32,000 bases of DNA from Acaryochloris marina MBIC11017 (GTDB lineage: Bacteria; Cyanobacteriota; Cyanobacteriia; Thermosynechococcales; Thermosynechococcaceae), in contig NC_009928.1 in assembly GCF_000018105.1 (NCBI RefSeq), forward strand, positions 120,001 to 152,000. Reading direction: 5' to 3'. A program made the position numbers and the translations under genes. Every line of letters begins with the position of its first letter. Within the stretch, counting starts at the first letter, position 1. Of this stretch, positions 9,254-18,350 are shown one piece after another. A model generated the notes under the pieces. The model saw nothing but the letters and a program-made list of their open reading frames with translations. It did no database searches and was not told the DNA's origin.

Positions 9254-9420
9254 GAGATAGGTAATATAGAATCCGCAGAGAATCTAAAAATTTAAAAGAG
9301 TGAGTGAATTAATAGGTGCGATATCGCAGGTTGGTATCAGAGTGCGATGCTCGAAGAGCGGCCTTCGGCCATCGCAACCCCCGATGCCAATACCCCATAC
9401 TCAAAACGGCACGTCATCAA
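9254..9420 (+). repeat. copy (b) of the dispersed noncoding repeat
   Basis: It shares TAGGTAATATAGAATC (9258-9273) and GAATTAATAGGTGCGATATCG (9306-9326) with copy c at the same spacing, then a looser CCAATACC-containing tail. It carries an extra 26-nt hairpin insert (TGCGATG...GGCCTTCGGCC..CATCGCA). Confidence 0.75.
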
Positions 9421-9693
9421 ATGTTAGCTCTGGTCCTGGCGTACCACCGTCCTCACTCTCAAATTCCAGACATTGCTCGGTTGACCACAGACAATGGAGA
9501 CGACTGCGCAATAGTCATAATGTTTGCCTATGTGCTTACCTCAAATACAGCAGTGGAAAGGACAGAAAGGCGTTTACTCGATACTGGGATCTACCTTCTC
9601 GGCAGCAAACGAAAAATCTTGACCAAGTTCTTTAAACACCTCAAAGTCAGGGCAAACTACCTTTTTGAAAGAAAATCGCTAAGTCAAGAGGAT

Positions 9694-10572
9694 TCAGAGA
9701 ATACCAATAACCCAGCCAAATCCCCAGGCCACCAAACCTACCCCCACAATTTGGCCAACTTGCTCTCCTTTGGGTAACACCTTCTCAACGAGAACATATA
9801 GGGCGAGGCCCGTAATCCAATACAAATTCATAACCCCTCCCACTAGCAGCAATGCCATTAAGAACCAGCAGCATCCCATACAGTACATACCGTGCTCTAA
9901 ACCCATGATCAGACTCCCGGTATTGCTTTGACGCCGATGTTGAACCAAGAACTTCACTGGGGAACGGCAGTGTTTAAGGCAATTATGTTTGATCGGGGTA
10001 AGCTGCCAAAGTCCCGCTGCAATCAAGATGCCACCAGTCAGCACGGTGTTTGTACTTTGCATTAGCGAAGAAAGCAATCCGCTTACGGTAAGACCCCATT
10101 GCACAACAACCGCAACACCGCTAAATAACGCCCAGGCCAGCAGGTAGCCAGCTGCGAAATAGCCGGATGTCCCATAGGGCTGGCGATGGGGTGATGCCTT
10201 TCGATTTAAGGCAGCGGCAAGCAAAATCATCGGGGTGGCGCTGGGTAGCATCATGGCAATCATCATGATCCACCACATGAAGAACATCAGCAGGCCATAG
10301 CCAATACTCCATGTTGTGGTTTCTCCCATGTCCATCATCATGCCGTCACCGGACGAAAGACGCGTCATCTCTATCCCACTCATCCCCATCCCTGCCCCAA
10401 GTAGGAGATAGATCCAAGACAGCAAGATGACGACTGTTAAGCCAGCCAGAACGATCCAGCGATCACGCTTCAAGATGGTTTCCAATTGGATTGATGTCAA
10501 TAGACTCAACCTCCATGCGTTAGCGATGTACGACACCACTGCCAGAATGGCGCAGGATGTTGAATTGGCCAT
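9694..10572 (-). CDS. DUF2182-family predicted metal-binding integral membrane protein
   Basis: 292-aa polytopic protein immediately downstream of a DUF1326 gene, which is the usual pairing. The start is uncertain because the annotated ATG overlaps the upstream gene by 53 nt. Confidence 0.6.
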   Translation of the reverse strand: MANSTSCAILAVVSYIANAWRLSLLTSIQLETILKRDRWIVLAGLTVVILLSWIYLLLGAGMGMSGIEMTRLSSGDGMMMDMGETTTWSIGYGLLMFFMWWIMMIAMMLPSATPMILLAAALNRKASPHRQPYGTSGYFAAGYLLAWALFSGVAVVVQWGLTVSGLLSSLMQSTNTVLTGGILIAAGLWQLTPIKHNCLKHCRSPVKFLVQHRRQSNTGSLIMGLEHGMYCMGCCWFLMALLLVGGVMNLYWITGLALYVLVEKVLPKGEQVGQIVGVGLVAWGFGWVIGIL

Positions 10573-11152
10573 AGGTGTCTTGCAAATCTAGACGAATGGC
10601 TGCAGTTGCTTGTGTTGTACCACTACCCATCTCCGCAAATTCAAACTCAATGCCATTGGGAATATCAATCCTTACTCGATGTTCCTCTCCTGTCGCAGGG
10701 CTTTTAATGGGGCTACCGATAGATTTAAGGACACCAGGAATATCAACACGGGCAGTACGATGCTCTTGATCAACCTCATACTCAATGGGCTTATACAATG
10801 GCTCGTGAATCGTATCTGACATGGCGTGGAAGACCCACCAATGGGTTGCTCCCTCTTCAGTCTCCTCCCCATGCAGAATCTTGACTAACGCTTCACGCTG
10901 GGGTTGATCCGCTTGCTCATCGATAATGGCTTGTAGCTCTCCCTTCCCTTCAAATACTGGACCCGGCCATGCATAGAGCACTGCAACTTTTAGGTCATTG
11001 AGGGGAACATCACCAAAGTGCCCCTTGTCGATATGCAGCACTTCAAAGCCACGGCAATGACCATTCGTGGGTAGCGCTTCAAACTGGCACGGGCAACCAT
11101 AGGCGCAATTGCAGTTGGAAAATTCCGTTCCTTCAACATACCAATCAATCAT
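10520..11152 (-). CDS. DUF1326-family protein
   Basis: The N-terminus MIDWYVEGTEFSNCNCAYGCPCQFEALP is the Cys-rich motif I associate with DUF1326. GAGGA lies upstream of the ATG. Confidence 0.65.
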   Translation of the reverse strand: MIDWYVEGTEFSNCNCAYGCPCQFEALPTNGHCRGFEVLHIDKGHFGDVPLNDLKVAVLYAWPGPVFEGKGELQAIIDEQADQPQREALVKILHGEETEEGATHWWVFHAMSDTIHEPLYKPIEYEVDQEHRTARVDIPGVLKSIGSPIKSPATGEEHRVRIDIPNGIEFEFAEMGSGTTQATAAIRLDLQDTYGQFNILRHSGSGVVHR

Positions 11153-11543
11153 AGTGATATTTTCCTCACTACTTGATAATTAAAGCTCTCTCAACGAGAG
11201 TCGATACTGGACCTTAACCTTGAAAAACCTGTTGTTCAATTAAGGTGATTCCGGCCTTCAAGATAAAGCAGAACGTATAAATGGCGGTCTTCTTGCCTTT
11301 AAGTTTACATAGACTGTGACAGTGATATTGAGATGACATACAAATCTTTGTACGCAAGCTCTTCGTTTTGTTTTCTGCGACCTGAAGCACTGTGAAGTGG
11401 CATCGCTTGGAAGGAGATTTGAAATTGCAGCACGATACCAATACCGTAGACTTTGAAATTTTACCGCTAAACTAGCAGTGCAATAGAGCAACATTCCTGC
11501 TTTGCTTTCTGCCTATCTTTAACTTCCACTTGATGGAGTAGAT

Positions 11544-12722
11544 ATGGACTCTCCACAACTGAATCGCAGGCAATTCCTTACCTATCTGAGTGCTAGTACA
11601 GCATCGCTGCTGGTTCACCCAAAACAGGCAATCGCTTTTCCCTCAGAGAATCAGGATTACTCTGGTCCCAACGTCATTTTGATTCGCTTTGGAGGAGGGG
11701 TTCGGCGAAGGGAAACGATCGATCCAGATTACACCTATGCTCCCTATCTGCGCCACATTCTGGCATCTCGCGGTATCCTGTTTAGCAATATGATGTTGGA
11801 CCAGCTCCGACACGTCACGACCAGCCATGGGGAAGGAACACTCTACCTGTTAACAGGTAAGTATGATGGGTTCAGCAAAAAACCAGGACTGCGAAATCGT
11901 TTCGAGCCCCAAGTTCCCACACTTTTTGAATATTTACGCAAAACATTCGCCATACCAGACCACCAAACCCTGTTAATTAATGGTGAAAATCGTGCCACTG
12001 AAGAGTTCTTCTCCTTCAGCAATCACCATATGTTTGGTGCCAACTATCGTTGTCAGGTTCTTAGCTTATATCGCTTTAAAGTGTTTCTTCTGCGTCAGCA
12101 GCTTAACCAGGGAGACTTAACAGGACAAGAGCAAAAGGAAGCCGTCCAAGCGTTACAGGAACTAGAGACTCTTGATTACCGAAATCAAGGGCAATTTCCC
12201 TATTCCCCAAAACTTACAGAGTTTTGGCAGGAGTGGCAGAACTACTATGGTACGACTGGCTTAGTGAATCCTCGTGGTGACCGGTTGTTAACAGAGTTAG
12301 CAATCTGGGCAATCAAGCGTCTACAACCCAAACTGTTGATGATCAATTACAACGACCCTGATTATGTTCACTGGGGTTTTCCCTCTCATTACACAAATGG
12401 CATCGCTGTTATTGATCGGGGGATACAGCGCATCGTCGAGGCCGTAGATTCGGATGACTATTATCGGAACAACACCGTATTTTGTATCGTTCCAGATTGT
12501 GGTCGCGACTCTAATCCCTTCCTTTCTGTCCCCTATCAACATCACTTCAATTCACGATCGGCTCACGAAATCTTTGCCTTATTTTTTGGTAAAGGAATCC
12601 AATCGGGGCAAGTTGTGGATCGCCCCGTTTCTCAGATTGATGTAACCCCCACGCTTGCTCAAATTATGGGGTTTAAGGCCGACTACGCCGAAGGAAGCGT
12701 TCTAGAAGAGATCTTTACCTAG
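11544..12722 (+). CDS. Tat-signal secreted protein, alkaline-phosphatase superfamily (phosphodiesterase/nucleotide-pyrophosphatase-like)
   Basis: Twin-arginine leader MDSPQLNRRQFLTYLSASTASLL. Motifs resembling the AP/NPP superfamily are present: TTSHGEGTLYLLTG, NDPDYVHWG, VPDCGRD, and IDVTPTLAQIMGF near the C-terminus. Confidence 0.5.
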   Translation: MDSPQLNRRQFLTYLSASTASLLVHPKQAIAFPSENQDYSGPNVILIRFGGGVRRRETIDPDYTYAPYLRHILASRGILFSNMMLDQLRHVTTSHGEGTLYLLTGKYDGFSKKPGLRNRFEPQVPTLFEYLRKTFAIPDHQTLLINGENRATEEFFSFSNHHMFGANYRCQVLSLYRFKVFLLRQQLNQGDLTGQEQKEAVQALQELETLDYRNQGQFPYSPKLTEFWQEWQNYYGTTGLVNPRGDRLLTELAIWAIKRLQPKLLMINYNDPDYVHWGFPSHYTNGIAVIDRGIQRIVEAVDSDDYYRNNTVFCIVPDCGRDSNPFLSVPYQHHFNSRSAHEIFALFFGKGIQSGQVVDRPVSQIDVTPTLAQIMGFKADYAEGSVLEEIFT

Positions 12723-12748
12723 TCAAACGAGGTACAGCCGTTATCAAA

Positions 12749-13909
12749 ATGTGGAAAAAACTATTCTGGTTGCTGGGAACCCTATTGCTCGCGACGATCT
12801 TATGTCAAACACTCTTGACGGCGGTAATTGCCTTGGGATGGATATATCGATGGGTCAAACATCAAGTCAGCAAAACCATTTTCACGCAATCTAAGTTAGC
12901 TGAGACCACCACCTGGCACACGTTTGTCAGCAGATTTCCTGCGCTTATGCCTGTGCGGGACAAACCCTACTTTTTTCGCCGACAAATAGGCGTTTCATCT
13001 CCAAAGCATCTCCTCTTCAACAAATTACACTGGCTGTTGCACTCCTTATGGGTGAATCTAAAAACCGGGGTTGCTAGCATCTTGACGACTTGGTCATGTA
13101 CTTTATTGCCCTGCATCCTCTGGGCAACAGCCTGGTACGTAGGCTGGCATATTTCCTTCAACAAACTATATGAGGAATCCGAGACTGGAATCTCTTTAGG
13201 CATTCTGGGGATGCTCATGTTCATGGTGGCCATGCTATATGTACCTGCGGCCCAAGCTCGACAAGCCTTTACGGGGGATTGGCGCAGTTTTTTTCAACTC
13301 AGATTTGTGCAAGCAATTGTCTGCTCTCGATCTTTGCAATACTTTTTTCTCTCAATTGGCTATGTTATCAGCAGTTTTTTCTTAACCCTAGGTAAAGCCA
13401 TACCCGTTTTTTTGCCAAACACTAATCCTAATCTCTCAGCGCTAACAGCATCAGAGGCATTGGAGTACTTGAATCAATATTATTTGCTGATAGGTGTGCT
13501 TGGATTCCTGTTGGTGTGGGGTCTAAGAATGGCCGGGGGCTGTATTTATGCTGGGGCTCTAGTTGATCTCTGGCAGCAATCGTCACAACCACAGAGTGCG
13601 TTTCACCCCAACGAATCACACTTTCTCCAGTTGGTGGACATCCAGTATGGTAGTACCCATCATTCAACCCATGTCATCAGAAAAATCTTGTGGTTACCCG
13701 TTTCTGTCAGCTATCGAGTGATAGCCATGACTTTCTCTTTATTGGTTTGGGCTCTCGTTAGTTTTATGCCCTTCGCCTCTCAATTTGCTAATTATGCTCC
13801 AGTGAGGGGCTTTCTTAATCAGCCATTAGTGCAACTTCCCTGTTTTCGCTATGTCCCCAATGATCTAGAAACAGCAGCAGAAAGACTCCCAGACCAAGTC
13901 AGAGTTTAG
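12749..13909 (+). CDS. polytopic membrane protein, unknown family
   Basis: 386-aa ORF 27 nt downstream of the Tat protein gene, with many hydrophobic, Trp-rich segments. No family recognised. Confidence 0.5.
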   Translation: MWKKLFWLLGTLLLATILCQTLLTAVIALGWIYRWVKHQVSKTIFTQSKLAETTTWHTFVSRFPALMPVRDKPYFFRRQIGVSSPKHLLFNKLHWLLHSLWVNLKTGVASILTTWSCTLLPCILWATAWYVGWHISFNKLYEESETGISLGILGMLMFMVAMLYVPAAQARQAFTGDWRSFFQLRFVQAIVCSRSLQYFFLSIGYVISSFFLTLGKAIPVFLPNTNPNLSALTASEALEYLNQYYLLIGVLGFLLVWGLRMAGGCIYAGALVDLWQQSSQPQSAFHPNESHFLQLVDIQYGSTHHSTHVIRKILWLPVSVSYRVIAMTFSLLVWALVSFMPFASQFANYAPVRGFLNQPLVQLPCFRYVPNDLETAAERLPDQVRV

Positions 13910-13927
13910 GCTGGCACTGCTCCCTTA

Positions 13928-14347
13928 TCACTCCCCGTCTTCAGTGTCGAATTTTGGCCGTTCCAGCGTAATTTTCCAAGACTCGCCACATTCCGACATT
14001 TTCTGACTAATGTTGTAAAAGTCTTCCATTAGCTCCTCAACCGTAGCCAGATAAACTGTGTGGGGTTTGTCCAGCTCAGGTTTTTCAATGGAAATCATGA
14101 AACAATCAAGGGCAGGCCAGAGCTGTTCCTCGACCCACCAAGTCGGTTCCCAGATGGCCTCTTAATCGGGGACATCAGAGAGTCGATAGAACCAGCGGGC
14201 CTGATCAGGCCCTGGACATTGTTGGATGCCAATCACTCGAACTATACCCTTGGGAGTGTGTAACCGCTGATGCAATCGGTAAAGCGGCTTGGTTGATGTG
14301 GGAATGGACTTGCTGAGTATTGCTAATGAGGTATTTTCGTTGAGCAT
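13928..14347 (-). pseudogene. hypothetical gene interrupted by an in-frame TAA
   Basis: The 61-aa ORF 14162-14347 stops at TAA 14162-14164. The same frame continues EAIWEPTWWVEEQLWPALDCFMISIEKPELDKPHTVYLATVEELMEDFYNISQKMSECGESWKITLERPKFDTEDGE* to 13928. Confidence 0.45.
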
Positions 14348-14521
14348 GATAAGTCACCTTGATATAATTTAGCGAAAGGGACACAAAGACCTCTTGGACT
14401 GGAAAGACTGGGAGGCGTTTTACTGTTTTTTGGGGTGTGGATTAGCGGGGTTAAAGTTAATACAAAATCCATATGGAAAATGAAAAGCTAAACCTTGACC
14501 TTGAGTAGATAGGGGTGATAA

Positions 14522-14650
14522 CGCTAGGTAATATAGAATCTGTCGAGATTTTGAAAAGGTGAAAGTCTGGGTGGAATTAATAGGTGCGATATCGAGGATT
14601 CGTATTGAATTTTGCGATCACAAACCCCATAACCCCAATACCACCCCCGA
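14522..14650 (+). repeat. copy (c) of the dispersed noncoding repeat
   Basis: TAGGTAATATAGAATC at 14525-14540 and GAATTAATAGGTGCGATATCG at 14574-14594, followed by a CCCCAATACC tail. Same orientation as copies a and b. Confidence 0.75.
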
Positions 14651-14652
14651 AA

Positions 14653-15027
14653 TCACTTCCCTGAAATCTGCTCAACGGGCGAAGACACAGCCGTATTCTG
14701 CCCAACGCTCAGGTGATGGAGTAAGCCGCCAACGGGGACCCCAATGAGAAAACCGATGCCAATAAACGCGATTTTGAACCATGTTGCCTCCCTCCTGATC
14801 TCCTGCTTTGTCTTTCTCATTTTCAGAACTTGCTCAAGACGCTTACACTCAAGCGCTTTCAGCTTTTCCGCTTCCAGTTTTCGCTTGTGAACGTCTCGGC
14901 AATTTTCTATGTAGAGGTTGAATTGGTTGAAGATGAATTGTCGGGCTTGAGCGATGCCATGCTCGTGGGATTCAACGATAGCTTTCCCAGGGGTATGACA
15001 ACGATTCGATACTGTTGGCGAATTCAA
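14653..15027 (-). CDS. hypothetical coiled-coil protein with C-terminal transmembrane helix; 5' end disturbed by the IS1182 insertion
   Basis: 124-aa ORF with a Lys/Glu-rich middle and WFKIAFIGIGFLIGVPVGGLL near the C-terminus. The first 7 codons lie inside the IS1182 left inverted repeat. Confidence 0.4.
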   Translation of the reverse strand: MNSPTVSNRCHTPGKAIVESHEHGIAQARQFIFNQFNLYIENCRDVHKRKLEAEKLKALECKRLEQVLKMRKTKQEIRREATWFKIAFIGIGFLIGVPVGGLLHHLSVGQNTAVSSPVEQISGK

Positions 15028-16831
15028 TACTCTCTAAAAAGAGAATAATGGCTCAGGAGAACGATTTTAATTACGAGACTGGTGCAAGCTTGGCAAAACG
15101 GGATTGTCGTGTCTGGGCTAAGGGCACCTCCTCTAACCAAGACACTGCCCGAACGACATTCATGGCGACGGCTGCAACAACATGCTGCAAACGAGTCTTG
15201 GCCATGCCAATGTAGCGATACTGCCGAATCTCAAAGGTCCTAACACCCTGGGAGATGGTCCCCTCAACCCCTGCTCTTATGGCATACAGCTCCTCAAATT
15301 CTTTGGTTTGTTGCCGTGCTCTGGCCTTTTGCAAGGCTTCATAATTTTCTTGAATCTGAAAGGTCAGATTTCGTGGACCTGACTCTGACTTCGTACATTG
15401 AGCGCGAACCGGACAAGCTGAACAGTGACGATGACGGAATTCAACGCGAATGACAAGATGACCATAGGCATCTTTTCCCTTCTTCCAAGCTTTGCTGGAC
15501 TTCCCTTGAGGACAGCGCACCTTCCTGTTTTTCCAGTTCACCTGAAAATCAGATAGGGCATATCCTTGACCCGCTTTTGCTTGCCAATGTTGGTTGACAG
15601 GGACGGGTCCAAATAAATCAATATCGTACGCTCTCTGGCTATCCACCAATATTTGGGCTGACGTGTATCCCTGATCCACCATATGTTGATCAGGAAGTAA
15701 CTCTTTGAAAGCGAGCGCTTGATGAATGACTGGGATGTTGAGCTGGTCTGAGGTGGTCGCTTTCAAAGTCTCGTCATGAGTAATCAGGTGGGGCCGTTCC
15801 TCATCACAGGTTTCGGTTAGATGGACTCGATAACCTGTTCAGTTCATTGTGCGCTTGGCACTGCGTCGAGCCTCTAGATCATAGGGAGAACGGATCCGAA
15901 TCGCACCAGGGGCTGAGTCTTTGGCACTGCGTAATTGAACGGTCTCATTGGGGGGATAGAATTGCTGGAGCCAAACTTGACGTAGAATCTCTACGGCCTC
16001 AATCTGGCGAAGCTGTTCACATTGAGGATCTGCATAAATGAGATCTAGCAAATAGAAGCCATCTGCACCAATCTGACTTGCAAAAACATCTCTCTCTTGT
16101 GGCTTAGGGGGTAAGCGGGCATCTTCAAACCGTTTACCATAACGGTCATACCAGTCTTGTGGGACATGGGCTTGTAGCCAACTGGGGACAGTTTCTGCCA
16201 GAGCATTGAGTGTATACCGTAGCGTTTCTCCCAGAAACTCCAACCGCGTCATCACCCTGATCGCTGCCAGGACATGGGTTGAATCAGTTCTCTGCTTTCC
16301 CCGACTACGAAGCAGATCGAGGTCTTGAAACCGTTCCAGCATTTTGTTGAACAGTTGATTTTCCGCTCGGCCATCTATTAAGCGATCGCGGAATTCACTC
16401 AAAACGGAGAAATCGAAACCAGTATCCGTCAGCTCCAGAGATAGGGCGTATTTCCAATCAATTCTGGCTCGAACCGCGTTAGCCGTTTGGCGATCACTCA
16501 GTCCTTCGACGTATTGCATGATTGTCACTAAGGCCAGACGCCAGGGTGCTACAGCAGATTGGCCCCGAGTGGGATACAAGCGTGCAAAGTCTTCATCTTG
16601 CCAAAAGACGCCCAATTCATCTCGCATTTTCATGTACAGATTCCCTTTGGGGAATGCAGCACGGGCAATACAGGCAGTTGTTTCTAGGATGGGGGTACCG
16701 CTTGAGGATAAGGGCACATCGGAAACCTCCTTTATAAGTGTAGCGACACAGTAATTACCACTACTGTAGGTGGGAACTAAAACGCCATAATATTTAGCTC
16801 AGGAATAATATTGAATTCGCCAACAGTATCG
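15007..16831 (-). mobile_element. IS1182-family insertion sequence, 1825 bp
   Basis: Perfect 23-bp terminal inverted repeats CGATACTGTTGGCGAATTCAATA at 15007-15029 and 16809-16831, enclosing a 549-codon transposase frame. Confidence 0.85.
15071..16717 (-). pseudogene. IS1182-family transposase with a single in-frame TGA
   Basis: ORFs 15839-16717 (DUF772-like N-terminus) and 15071-15766 (DDE part, with RCPQGK...CSACPVRAQC) are in the same frame. Across the break it reads ...ARRSAKRTMN*TGYRVHLTETCDEERPHLITHDETLKATTSDQ, with the TGA at 15839-15841. Confidence 0.85.
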
Positions 16832-16908
16832 ACCCTTCAATTACTCCTAGAAAATAATCGCCTGACCTGAAAGCCCTGCCTAAGCTTGCTTTGAGAAGTA
16901 GTCCCTTG

Positions 16909-17754
16909 TTACTCAGATCGGTGATCCTGCAACCAGTTCACTAGATCAGCAGGTTGCTTAAAGTCGAGCAATGCCTCACCCAAAGCTTCAATCTGAACTA
17001 GGGATAGAGCTCGGATCTGCGATCTCAACTCAGGAGCAACGTCACCAATACGACGGGTGAGTAGGCGAAGAATAAGAGATTGCCCCTCTTCCTGACGGCC
17101 TTCGTCCAAGGCTTCCTGGTATACCTTAGTTTGCTTGAGTTCGCTTAAGCCCAACATGCTCTCTATCTCTTCTCGGCTCAATTGTGGAAATTTATAGACC
17201 ACAATTGTTTCAATTAACTCCATTATCGCCGCAAATCTTGGATTTGTCTGTTCTTGAGGCTGAACCCTTGAAAGCAAAGCTTGAGCCTGGGTGGCGGTAT
17301 CTCCTGAATCAGCCACAATCAACTGCATCAGTCCCACGCCAAGAGAGTCAACGGATTCATCCAAGTCTTCCAAGTAAACGCGATGCACCTGATCGCTATT
17401 CAGATTGGCCCGGAATACATGGGGATAGTCTGGCTCAATGCTGCGTTTGGGAAAGATAACAACGGCTTGCCAGTCCACGGTCTCTGGATGAAGGTTGAGA
17501 TACAAATAAATCTCTGAGAAGAACCGTTGATAGAACGCCGGGTCCCGTTGAAACTGAACTTCGACGAACCAGATCGTCAGATCGGACGCCTCGGGCGTGG
17601 GTAAGAAAACACCATCGATGCGAAAGGCAACCTGCTTGATTTCAACAGACTTAAATTCATAGCCTTGAGCCCTGTCTGGGGATTGACCCAGCAGCTCGAA
17701 CAAGATGCCGGGGTCCGTCTGGAAGATGCGATAGAAGATGGAATCTGTCTTCAA
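16909..17754 (-). CDS. Rpn-family recombination-promoting nuclease / putative transposase (DUF2887/DUF4351-type)
   Basis: The N-terminus MKTDSIFYRIFQTDPGILFELLG and the overall 281-aa layout match the cyanobacterial Rpn/DUF2887 proteins I recall. Confidence 0.65.
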   Translation of the reverse strand: MKTDSIFYRIFQTDPGILFELLGQSPDRAQGYEFKSVEIKQVAFRIDGVFLPTPEASDLTIWFVEVQFQRDPAFYQRFFSEIYLYLNLHPETVDWQAVVIFPKRSIEPDYPHVFRANLNSDQVHRVYLEDLDESVDSLGVGLMQLIVADSGDTATQAQALLSRVQPQEQTNPRFAAIMELIETIVVYKFPQLSREEIESMLGLSELKQTKVYQEALDEGRQEEGQSLILRLLTRRIGDVAPELRSQIRALSLVQIEALGEALLDFKQPADLVNWLQDHRSE

Positions 17755-18124
17755 GAGGTGCCGTACTCCTGAGCTATGCCAGTCATTCTACTGGATGGAA
17801 GTGACTCTAAAAGCTCGGTAGTGTTTAGAGGATATGGACAAGGACCATGGATAGCTGAAGACCACTGTAAATTTTCCCCGGTTTCGTTGCCTAGCCTAAA
17901 TTTTGAAGATTCTTTCAATAGTCTTGATTGACTCAGATCATGCGGTGTTTCCGTTTAATGAAAGCCAAAATTATCCTCCGCTAGTCTGAACGAGGAAGTC
18001 GAGCCTTAGGAATGATGAAGACGGTGGAACTCAATGGTCAATGGCGGCAACTCTAGTTCCCTCAAACCAATGCAGGGTAAGAAAACCCAGAAAAATTTAC
18101 AGGTGGGAATCTCTTGATTTCTGG

Positions 18125-18250
18125 TTCAATCTAGTGAGGATAGATTCCCCGCTGCTTGCAGCGAAGAAATGGGATTGTAATCCAAATCTACGGTTTGGGA
18201 GCAAATCGTATTCCATACCCCGTCTGCTTGCAGCGGGGCACTTGATTGAA
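18125..18250 (+). mobile_element. MITE-like element, copy 1 (126 bp)
   Basis: Near-identical to 24141-24264. Terminal inverted repeat TTCAATCTAGTG (18125-18136) / CACTTGATTGAA (18239-18250), 11 of 12 matching. Two internal hairpins have CTTG loops (CGCTG-CTTG-CAGCG and CCCCGtCTG-CTTG-CAGCGGGG). Confidence 0.75.
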
Positions 18251-18350
18251 TGGTTACAGGCAGTGACTTCCAGGCCACTCCACAAAAGCCGAAAGAACGA
18301 AAAACGGACAAAGCAAGGCTGGGATAGTCTGCGTCAGGGAACTTTTATAC

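Noticed and set aside
9316-9420. GTGCG at 9316-9320 and 14585-14589 as a possible group II intron 5' end
   Set aside because: No domain V-like sequence, no reverse transcriptase ORF and no AY 3' end are present downstream. Similarity between the copies fades after about 100 nt, and a well-supported DUF2182 gene ends at 9694.
9300-9777. Plus-strand ORFs 9300-9635 and 9316-9777, and the similar 14559-14747, which share an ELIGAIS peptide
   Set aside because: The shared peptide comes only from the conserved nucleotide block GAATTAATAGGTGCGATATCG. Further downstream, the conserved CCAATACC block is read in different frames in the two copies. The proteins are low-complexity, and the 3' part of 9316-9777 overlaps the 3' end of the DUF2182 gene. 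They are treated as noncoding repeat sequence.
18140-18240. Repeated CTGCTTGCAGCG(G) units inside the MITE as a possible mini-CRISPR
   Set aside because: There are only two imperfect units per locus. The intervening sequence is identical in both loci, so it is not variable spacers. The whole 123-bp block has terminal inverted repeats, and no cas genes are present.
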